Below are positions 1-9,700 of a stretch of DNA of 64,000 nt, piece after piece. Position 1 is the stretch's first letter; each line of letters starts with the position of its first letter. The notes beneath the pieces were generated by a model. The model was not told the origin of the DNA, did no database searches, and saw only the letters and a program-made list of their open reading frames with translations. A program made the translations under genes and the position numbers. This stretch comes from Marsupella aquatica (lineage: Eukaryota > Plantae > Marchantiophyta). The stretch spans positions 293,746 through 357,745 of the forward strand of contig OZ316892.1 of the NCBI GenBank assembly GCA_973895155.1, in the 5' to 3' direction.

Positions 1-1407
1 ACTTCTAGTTACTCCACCTATGCTAAGGATAGAGCCATGGAGTACGGGGAGATGTGTGGGGACCTGGCGCTCAGCATCTTTGGGGAGAAGTTGGAGCAGG
101 GACCCTTTTTCCAGAGGGAGATGTTGGAAAAGCACCGATTAGAAGAAGCGGTGACTTTGGAGAGAAGCAAGAAGGAGGAGGTCATCCGACGGCTTAGGGA
201 GAAGGAAGCCGAGGTGGAAGTCCTGCAGGCGGCCAAGAAAGCCCAAGATGAGTTGCGGATTAAGCGGCATGAGCTAAACATCATGCAGGGGCAGTTGGAT
301 ACCGCTAAGTCTGACAATCAGATTATCAAAGATAAACTGACTCGGACCCAAGGAGAGTTGGCCGACGCAGTCAAAGAAAGAGAGAAATGGAAGTGGGAGC
401 TAAGGGACGCAGAGGAGGCCCATTTAACCTCCAACAACCGGACCATGGCGGAGACTCAGAGAAGGGAGAGGGCGTTGAAGGGAGAGCTCGAAGATATCCG
501 CGGAGCCCTTGAGCAGAAGGAAGCAGAGTTAGGGAAATCCTATCAAGGGATTATTGCGCTGCAGCAAGAGCTTGCGTCCTTGAGGGCCAGCTTCAAGGCC
601 GACCTGCGTGAAAAGGACGACCAGCTCGACCAGACTTATGCCAAGATGAATAAGATGGAGTCTGTGGTCGTAGCGGAGCTTGACAAGGAGCTAAGAGCAA
701 CCCAGGAGGAGAGGGCTACCTTAAAGAAAGAATTGGAGGAAGCCAATAAGGAGTTGGAGGAGGCGCGCAAGGACCTGGACGAGACCCAGGAAGAGTTGGA
801 GGAAATCACGAGGAAGATGGAGAACCTACAGCCGCGGGCCGACAACCAAACGGAGCGGCTGAAGACACAAGCCGCAGTATTTAAATGCTTGGCTTCATCA
901 GGTCCAACTCCAATTGGGGGAACCCAGTTACCAGGGGTAGTATTGGCCGAAGGACAAGCCGTAACACTCACCCCGGTGCCGGAGGTAAGTGGCAAGGGGG
1001 AGGAACCGACTGTCAAAATAGGGAAGAAGTATAAGCGGAAACCTTCTAGGTCTGGAAGTTATACGGCTTCTCAAGCTGTTGTGACCGAGACGATAAACCC
1101 GGCACCAACCTCCGGTATCGGCACGGCGGTGGATCCACCAGTCCTAGGAAGTGGAGATGGCAAGGCCGAGGCCGGGAGAACCAGTGCTGCCGAGGTACCG
1201 GATCCTCCACTAGAACATGTCGGGGAGGCCATAGCCGTGGCGGAGGCCGTGACCGATGCTGAGGCCAAAGCCGAGGGTGGACCCAGTCAGGCCGATGAAG
1301 AGTTGACTCGATCAGGGGCAGGTAATCTGTTAGAAGACGGACCAACAGGAGTGGTTGCGGAGGAAGCGTTGGGGGCGTCCATTGAGGACCAGCCACCGGT
1401 GTCGTGA
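1..1407 (+). CDS. C-terminal coiled-coil part of the LTR-encoded protein (partial, open to window start)
   Basis: Frame is open from position 1. The 456-aa ORF 37..1407 aligns with the C-terminal part of the LTR ORF at 7673..11302. Confidence 0.8.
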   Translation, partial: TSSYSTYAKDRAMEYGEMCGDLALSIFGEKLEQGPFFQREMLEKHRLEEAVTLERSKKEEVIRRLREKEAEVEVLQAAKKAQDELRIKRHELNIMQGQLDTAKSDNQIIKDKLTRTQGELADAVKEREKWKWELRDAEEAHLTSNNRTMAETQRRERALKGELEDIRGALEQKEAELGKSYQGIIALQQELASLRASFKADLREKDDQLDQTYAKMNKMESVVVAELDKELRATQEERATLKKELEEANKELEEARKDLDETQEELEEITRKMENLQPRADNQTERLKTQAAVFKCLASSGPTPIGGTQLPGVVLAEGQAVTLTPVPEVSGKGEEPTVKIGKKYKRKPSRSGSYTASQAVVTETINPAPTSGIGTAVDPPVLGSGDGKAEAGRTSAAEVPDPPLEHVGEAIAVAEAVTDAEAKAEGGPSQADEELTRSGAGNLLEDGPTGVVAEEALGASIEDQPPVS

Positions 1408-2272
1408 CGGTGTAAGGGCGTCATCCCTTTTAGGAAGGGCGGACGTGTAGGTAGGAGGCGTGAGTGGGCAGGGTGGGCGCTGATCTCCAAGTTTAGACTT
1501 TGGATCAGGACCAGGAGACGGCCCTGACACTTAGATTAGTGGGATTTTGGATCCACGGGTGAGGACGACACTTGTGTAGATTAGGCTTACGCTGCAAGGA
1601 ATCAGGCGGATCCACGGCCAGAATAAGTAGTTGGGCTGCGGGGAGTTCAGGGCCTCTTCTTTAACAAGTTTTTAGTTGCACCAGCAGGGCTGGGATCAAG
1701 TAGTAAGAGAAGCTCTCGGTTAGTTATACAGTGACCCTTGTGTATATTCATGTTTCCTCATGCCTAAGAGCTGAATAGAGTTGGCCTCACGGCTTAGTTC
1801 GCAGAGCTTGTGTATGAGATGTACTGTTTGTATTACAAGTGCATGGTATAACTCAGTCCTAAGGAGTCATTTTGCTATTTGTGTGTCGCATTAACTTGTG
1901 TGAAGAGTGCCCACATCAACAAGTAGAAGGGAAGTAAGCAAGGGAGTGAGAGTTGGATGTGTCGAGCTGAGAGAGGTCTTAGCGGCTTAACCAAGCCAAT
2001 TGGGGATCATTCTGGCGGCGGAATCCAAATATACCTAACCAACAGGAGGGAAAGACAAGAGAAGGCCTAGATTAGGCCGGCTACGTATCTCATGACCCGA
2101 TGAAGGATCTGTCCAGTATATGTGTGTAAAATGTTAATAGTAGTAGTAGAAGGATGTTAGCAGCGTCCCATGCGGCTAAGCCGCGGAAACGGCCTTGCCG
2201 AGCACGAAACTTGCGGGAATCGGCTTGTGCGGGGGGGTTTCTTGGGTTTGGGGAGCCATGGGACGCACCACA
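1..2272 (+). mobile_element. 3' part of a family-A Gypsy LTR (diverged subfamily), truncated by the window start
   Basis: Colinear with the 3' half of the LTRs at 47650-52306 and 58531-63194, and ends ...GGGACGCACCACA at 2272. No PBS follows, so it is a 3' or solo LTR. The flank is a broken copy of the MULE palindrome (CCGACGCTAG). Confidence 0.92.
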
Positions 2273-2410
2273 CCGACGCTAGTAAGGGAAATGAGGAATT
2301 TAATACACTTTATTATCAATGTAACATAAACCAATCATAAGTGGGATAATGAATACATGTATTTTGATAACAACGCCCAGTGCTGGTAAAATCTTAGCCG
2401 CAAAAACTCT

Positions 2411-5400
2411 TCATGAATCGGACGATTCTGATTCGGAGCTCTGTGACCTCTCGGTCAAGACCGCCTTGTCATCTACAAACTTCCTCCTACAAACTTCATC
2501 TACATAAGGATTTTGGACAAATTTTCTATCAAATCCTCTCCATAGCCGGAGACCTTTGTTTTCCCAAAAAAGAGTCCTCTGATTATCTTCCATTCTTGCA
2601 GTGTTCTCAGCATAAGAGGGTAAAACGAATGGTTTCTCTAGAGTGACAATTTCAAAATGAGCTACTTTTCTTCTGAGTTTGAAGCGCCTTCTCGTATTCC
2701 ATTTGGACCTGGGTGAGAACAGAAGTTTGTCAACCGATTGCATGAATGGATAGCACAAAAGCATGAAGGAACTAGAAAGGAGAAAGAAGCTTACAAGTTT
2801 CAGAACATTACTCGGAAGAGTCATTGTTGTCACTCTGGCCAGCAGATTGTTCTTGACCCTTCCCCTCAGGTGTGCCACCCTCATCTTCGTCTGCTGTCGC
2901 ACCACTTGACTCATCGTCAGAGTCAAAATTAAGTACAGAATGAAGCTTGTCTCTCCTTTTCTTTTTGGGTGGTTGAATTGGGGGTGGCAAAGTTTTGACT
3001 TCCTTTGGAGAAAGTAGATTTAAGAACACCTTGGAACCAGTTTCAACAAAATCTTTCCTATTCTCCACTCCAATTACAATCCTCCCAGAATAGTCTCCAA
3101 CTACAAAAGAGCTACCCGACCCCACTGTCCAATCCATGAAAATATCCCTAGGCCGAGTGATGAGCTCAATCATAGATTGCATGAATCCAACCAACAAACG
3201 AGCATTCCTAGCAAATTCCATCTCAGGTATTGGATCGACTTTGAGAGAGGGAAGTCCAATTAAATTTGTTATGGAGGGATCTTTCGTGACAGACAGAGGT
3301 CTAAATCTTGAGTCTTTTGGCACCTTCCCTTTTTCAGACACTCGACAGAAGACGTCCAGTCTGAGCGTGAAGATCTGAAATATAACCCAAGAATGGTACG
3401 TCAATGGATGCATTCATAAACATTCTTTGAACTGCAAACCAGATGTCACGATGAGAAATTTACCTGTTGGTCGGTCTTCGGCGCGTACATTGGAACTGAC
3501 ATGACAACATTGTGTGTCGAGATGCAATGAAACTTCTTTGATTCCTGACAAGTCGATATAACCTGAGACATCGGATCGTACTCCCCGTTATGTAAAATGG
3601 CCAGCATTCCGTCATCAGATAAAAATGGATCCATTCCACGAAAGAAAGAGGTGGCCAATGGGTGGTCGGGGACATTTCATTTTGGGACTTTTCTGTCTAG
3701 CATAGATGGTTTAAGTCCCGTCGGATGGTAGATAAAACCCGCGTGGACTCCAAACAATCTCTCCTTTCCCCCACGCACAATGCCCTTCTCTCAAAAACTA
3801 GACTTCATGAGATCCTTTCCTCATTTCTCTACACCATTCACCCAGTCAGGCTTCTCTCCTTTGTTAAATGTTGAGTAGAATTCTGAGATGCTAGATTCAA
3901 CAAGGCAATGCCTTGAAAGTCTACTCTTGAAGTCCCCAACTTCACGTTGAAGACCTACAGTAGCAGCACTTTCTCGAGAGGAAGATCCACCTTCAATGGT
4001 CCTTTTCATCTTCTTCCTTGTACTGATGGCATCCACTGGAGCAATAGCCTTCCCTTTCTCAGCGGGATTAATTGGATCGAATGGTGCTCCGGTATTGGCT
4101 TCAGACGCCTCTGGGGTGGCATCTATCTTTGTATCTCCGCTTCCCACGGCGTCTTATTTTCTCCCTGTTCAAATGGATGTCGATGTGATATCCGTCAATA
4201 TTGAGACAACGACAATGCTAACGCCCAGCGCTGGCCAAACTATCTATAAGACTTGGCCTTAAATATTCACCTTTTTGACTAAAATAACCAATTCAGTTCT
4301 GAAATATTGACACTCATAGCAGCGCTGGGCGCTAACAATGTAACAGATATTGACTGCCATAACAACGGCAAGCGCTAACAATGTGACAGATATTGACTGT
4401 CATAGCAGCGCCGGGTGCTAACCAAAGAGATACAAATTATACTTACATTTTTTCCCACATATTGTTGATTCACTTGGGGCCGTAGTATCTGCTTTTGCTT
4501 TGCCGCGAGGCTTCCTGCTTTGGTCAACATGAACAATTGTTGTCTCACATATTGTTTGCAATTCTATTGTGGATTGATCCACATCATCTGGAAGCCCTTG
4601 CTTCATGTCATAAACAATGTTGACTGGGATCTGGGACTTAGACAGCTTATGGAAAGCATCCTTTTCTCTGTGATCAAAGGGCGAGTCCCATCTATCTGTA
4701 TCTAGGCACCATGGACAATGGGTTCTCCCCCATTCACTCAAAGGTCTTGCTGGGAAAATTCCCACGGCAGGATACATAGAATACAAATCGCTCTCCGGTA
4801 TTACAGTCCACTTGAGGAAGGCGGCAGGATACGCCCAAAAGTAATCAGGTTTTGTAGCATCCACATGGATGTAAAAACGGTAGAGGTACCTTTCTGCTTG
4901 CTTCTGGTTCTTCAAAGAGTAATCCTCTTTGTCAGGATACTCATTGTATTAAAAAACTTACCCTTGACAGAGTCACCGTATTTCTTAAAATCATTCGTGA
5001 CTGTCAATTAGAGATTTGAATGATTCACATGCCCAATCTTGTAAATGATTCACGGGAATGGTTTGTTGGACCTCTCGCAAAGCACATTGCAACATCCCCA
5101 CCGCAATCCCTTCTACATTATTCCATGTAATCCAGGTGTGACACCACTATTTTACTGGATCATCATTGATGGAAGAATTGTCTTCGGAGCTCCGAATTGC
5201 AATGTGCTACAAGCAAAGTCCTTCGTAGCTTGGGATCCAGAGCCTAAAAAGCCTGGCCCGGTCCATGGTACACAACACGGTATCTGGCTTCTTCTCCCGC
5301 TTATTCCTCTCCGTGACAACATACATTTATGCGCACGTAGACAGAAAGTCTTCAAACTCTGGACTCAACAATGGAGTGATTTTTGAGGTTTTCGCTGCCC

Positions 5401-5416
5401 ATTCCTTGGTTGCTTC
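2411..5416 (-). pseudogene. 3' half of the ParB-like/N4-N6 methyltransferase-like gene of MULE copy 2 (multi-exon, degenerate)
   Basis: Exon-by-exon homologous to 36446-41600: EATKEWAAKTSKITPLLSPEFEDF; KNQKQAERYLYRFYIH..HCPWCLDTDRWDSPF; AGFIYHPTGLKP..FFRGMDPFLSDDGMLAIL; IELITRPRDIFMDWTVGSGSSFVVGDYSGRIVIGVENRKDF; last exon SKWNTRRRF..EKPFVLPSYAEN. Contains stops and frameshifts. Confidence 0.8.
4300..4420. repeat. ~43-bp tandem repeat x3, each unit carrying the AGCGCNNNGCGCT palindrome (intron of the MTase-like gene)
   Basis: Units read approximately ATATTGACTGTCATAGCAGCGCCGGGCGCTAACAATGTGACAG, with degenerate variants. Confidence 0.75.
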
Positions 5417-5924
5417 GGGTATGGCCACCGAGACAGGAAACAGGAAAACAGGAATTCTGGTAGCAGATTTTTTTGTTGCTGTTATTAGGAATAGGTTGCT
5501 GTTACCAGGAAAAGTTAGTCATTGGAACAGGATAATACTTCATTACTTCAAGCCAGATACATCTGAAAAAAAGCAATATGCATTACGCTTCATTTACATT
5601 CTAGAGCTTAGAACCAACTAACATGGCAACAATTGTTGTCTGATGATAAGTGAGTCCAGAATCACCAACATACTTCTGGAAAATAGTGTCCCAAAAACCA
5701 CAGACACACAAACATTTACCAGTGAATGCCATGGGAAAAAACATTGACATGGTTGGTCCCACCATAAGTAACATAATATTATAGGCCAACAATAAGGCAG
5801 AAAACCATAAATGAAAACTCTGGACAATTTGAAAGACCACCGGCGATGGGCTAGCGCCTGGGGCTAGCTAAAATGGAAACAACCAACCCATTTAGAAAAT
5901 GACATTGGATGAATGCATAATGTG
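5417..5924 (-). mobile_element. Right (transposase-3') terminus of MULE copy 1, displaced by the inversion
   Basis: Starts GGGTATGGCCACCGAGACAGGAAACAGGAAAACAGG. The flank 5409-5416 reverse-complements to GAAGCAAC, identical to 35644-35651 at the other terminus. The same end type occurs on the 340-bp derivative at 45267-45606. Confidence 0.82.
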
Positions 5925-6212
5925 GGAAACAAAAATTTAAAATATCATTTGTAGTGATAGGATTACAATGAAGTAAATGATAATAAGGAAGACTTCCATC
6001 CCAGCGCCAGGCGCTAACATAAAACTATACCGTTGTAATACGACAAAAACTAATATAACCGTTTCAAGTATAGGACAATTTATATATCCTTCTCTATAAA
6101 CCATGAGCATTCTTCCTCTCCAAGATCAGTTGGACTTCTCCAACTGTGAGAATTGGTTGGCTGGTCAAAGTAGATTCCTCAACGTCTAGTTTGAAAACGG
6201 TCTGGAAAACCC
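5925..6212 (-). repeat. ~285-bp duplicate of the MULE transposase 3' end/3' UTR (47347-47631)
   Basis: Reverse complement matches 47347-47631 with a few substitutions and a small indel (VFKLDVEESTLTSQPILTVGEV.LILER.NAHGL*). Confidence 0.9.
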
Positions 6213-6760
6213 TAAACTCTGTAAGGTATTCAAGTTGTAGTTCGGCAGCGAGGTGATGGCGAATGATATACAGTGCCTGAGCCTTTTGTTGTAATGTGCC
6301 ATTGATATCTGCTAAGATAATGTCGCCGAGGCCTTTCATGTTGAGAACAATTTATGTATTTTGTGCCCAAGATAAATAATTGTCGCCATCTGTTGCGAGC
6401 AATGGGAATTGGAGCTTCTCCAATGTTGTCATAGTCGACGAAAATTTTGTGGTGTACTTGGCGAAAGAAAAGAAATGTGTCTTGGGGAATTTCGTTCGAT
6501 GCTTCATTCACATGAATAGGGAAAAAATTCACAAGAGTAGCTTGAGAGTTGTTGGAGGAGCAAAATCATGTGCTTATAACGTGTTAAACTATGAAATATA
6601 CATACTGTACCAACAAAAGATGATTGAATTTCTCTTAAGCCAATGTGGCTTATCTTATATTGTACATTGGGGTAGTTGTAACTACCCTCTCCTAGTCTTG
6701 TGTCTCTTTATACCTAGGTATTGCATACCTCTTTGTATCATCATATGGACTAAGGGTTAA
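6213..6760 (-). mobile_element. Truncated Ty1/Copia (Bianca-like) element: LTR remainder, PBS and gag start
   Basis: Minus strand: LTR ends ...TTTAACA (6582), then CGTTATAAGCAC (Bianca-type PBS CGTTATCAGCACG). gag from ATG 6432 reads MTTLEKLQFPLLATDGDNYLSWAQNT*IVLNMKGLGDII..QKAQALYIIRHHLAAELQLEYLT. The first 18 bp of the LTR are at 47632-47649. Confidence 0.8.
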
Positions 6761-9700
6761 TGTGGTGCGTCCCATGGCTCCCTAAACCCAAGAAACCCCC
6801 CAGCTCAAGCCGATTCCCGCAGGTTTCGTGCTTGGCGAGGCCGTTTCCGCGGCTTAGCGGCATGGGACGCTGCTAACCTTCTACTACTACTATTAACATT
6901 TTACACACATATACTAGACAGATCCTTCATCGGGTCATGAGATACGTAGCCGGCCTAATATAGGCCTTCCCCTGTCTTCCTCTGTCTTCCTGTTAGGTAT
7001 GTTTGGATTCCGCCGCCGGAATGATCCCCAATAGGCTTGGTTAAGCCGCTAAGACCTCTCTCAGCTCGACACATCCAACTCTCACTCCCCTGCTTACTTT
7101 CCTTCCTTCTGTTGATGTGGGCACTCTTCACACAAGTTAATGCGACACACAAATAGCAAAATGACTCATTCTGACTGAGTCATACCATGCACTTGCCATA
7201 CAAACAGTACATCTCATACACAAGTTCTGCGAACTAAGCCGTGAGGCCAACTCTATTCAGCTCTTAGGCATGAGGAAACATGAATATACACAAGGGTCAC
7301 TGTATGACTAACCGAGAGCTTCTCGTACTACTTGATCCCAGCCCGGCTGGTGCAAACTAAAAACTTGCTAAAGAAGAGGCCCTGAGCTCCCCGCTGCCCA
7401 GGTACTTATCCTGGTAGTGGATCCGCCATTCTTTGCATCGTAAGCCTAATCTACTTAACAGTAATCTACTTGCCCGAATCTACCTATGTACAGCAAGGCA
7501 GGAGCACAAGTGTTGCTCCTACCAGTGGGACCGCAATCCCACTAAGCTAAGTGTCAGGGCCGCTCCTGGTTCTGATCCTAATCCTAAACGTGGAGATCCG
7601 CGCCCGCCCTGCCCACTCACGCCTCCTCCCTCCACGTCCGCCTTCCCTAAAAGGAACGGCGCCCTTGCACCGTCATGACACCGGTGGTGGATCCTCAATG
7701 GACGCCCCCAACACTTCCTCCTCAGCCACTGCCGTTGGCCCGTCTACTGACAGATTACCTGCCCTTGACCGAGTCAACTCTCCATCGGCCTGACTGGGTC
7801 CACCTTCGGCTTCAGCCTCGACACCGGCCTCGGCAATACCCACGGCTTCGGCCTCAGCCACTCCCACGGCTTCGGCTTCAGCCACTCCCTCGGCTTCGGC
7901 CTCCCCTTCCCCTAGGGTAGTTGGATCCTTAGCCGTGACCCTGTCTGGGGTCGGTGCTGGGTCTACCTCCTTGATCACCACGGCCTGTGAAGTCGTATTA
8001 CTCCTTGACCCTGGAGGTTTCCGCTTCTTCTTCGTTGGTGGCTCGGCAGCTGGTCCCTTCCCCTTCCCACTTACTTCCGGCACTGGTGCAGTTGACGCGG
8101 CTTGTCCTTCGGCAATTACCACCCCTGGTAACTGGTTTGTCCCAACGGGAGATGGACCTGCTGCAGCTAAGCATTTAAATACTGCGGCTTGTTTCTTCAG
8201 CCGCTCTGTTTGGTTGTCGGCCCGCCGCTGTAGGTTCTCCATCTTCCTCGTGATTTCCTCCAACTCCTCTTGGGTTTCATCCAGGTCCTTACGTGCCCCC
8301 TCTAGCTCGTTTTTGGCCTCCTCCTGCTCCCTGTGGGCTTCCTCCAATTCCTTCTTCAAGGTAGCCCTCTCCTCCTGGGTTGCTCTTAGCTCCTTGTCGA
8401 GCTCTGCAATGATGACAGACTCCATCTGGTTCATCTTGGCGTAAGTCTGTTCGAGCATCTCGTCCTTCTCCCTTAGGTCGGCCTTGAAGCTGGCCGTCAG
8501 GGACGCAAGCTCCTGCTGCAGCGCCATAATCCCTTGATAGGATTTCCCTAACTCGACCTCCTTCTGCTCAAGGGCTCCGCGGATTTTCTCGAGCTCCCCT
8601 TTCAACGCCCATTCCTTTCTTTGGGTCTCCGCCATGGCCCGGCTGTTGGCTGTTATGTGGGCCTCCTCTGTATTCTTCAGCTCTTGCTTCCACTTCTCCC
8701 TCTCTTTGATCGTGTCGGCCAACTCTTCCTGCGTCTGAGTCAGTTTATCCTTGATATTCTGATTATCAGCCTGCGCGGCGTCCAACTGCCCCTGCATGAT
8801 GTTCAGCTCATGTTGTTTAATCCGCAGTTCATCTTGGGCTTTCTTGGCCGCCCTTAGATCTTCAATCTCGGCTCCCATCCTCCTAAGCCGCCGAATGACC
8901 TCGTCCTTCTTGCTTCTCTCTAAAGCCACCGCTTCTTCTAATTGGTGCTTCTCCAACTGCTCCCTATGGAAAAAGGGTCCTACCTCCAACTCCTCTCCAA
9001 AGATGTCGAGCGCAAGTTCCCCACACATCTCACCATACTCCATGGCTCTATTCTTAGCGTAGGTGGAGTAAGTAGAAGTGATCGGCATCGCCCATCGTGG
9101 CCTCTGCTCCCACGCCGTCCTGCGGATCTCTTCAATCGTGGCTAGAGGTTTGCTTCCTTTTTCGGCTAGCCGCCTGATGTCCTCCGGCCAATCTCCTCCT
9201 GGTAAATCCTTTTCCTTAGCCAGGGCGGCCTCTTCCTCCTGCTTGATTCGCTCCTGAAATTCCTGCACCGTCTGTTTTATGCCGTCGAAGCTCGGGGGAG
9301 CAACATCTGGTGGGGGAGACTCAGGGCTACTCTGCTGGTTGGGGTCCCCTCGCACTACCCTTGGAAGTGTGGGGACAAACCGGCCACAGGTCCTTACTCC
9401 TGGAACGTGATGGTCCGACCCATAGCCGGAATTATCATGGCTGCAGTCCTCCACTGCCTCCTCTACTTCTTGGACGTCCGGCTTCTCCCTCTCCTCTTCG
9501 TCGGTAGGAGCTTCAGGCAATTCTGCCTCAGATTCGGAGCTTGAGGTTCCCACGTACATTCGAACACCTGGCTTGGATTCCGGCCTGATTCTCTCCTTGT
9601 CTCCAGCAAAGGGGTTTTCTCTTGTGAGCCGGTGTAGGCCTACCTCTGTAGTAGTGTCCTGCATTGTTCCCGTTGCCGTTGTTGTTGTTGTTGCCGATGC

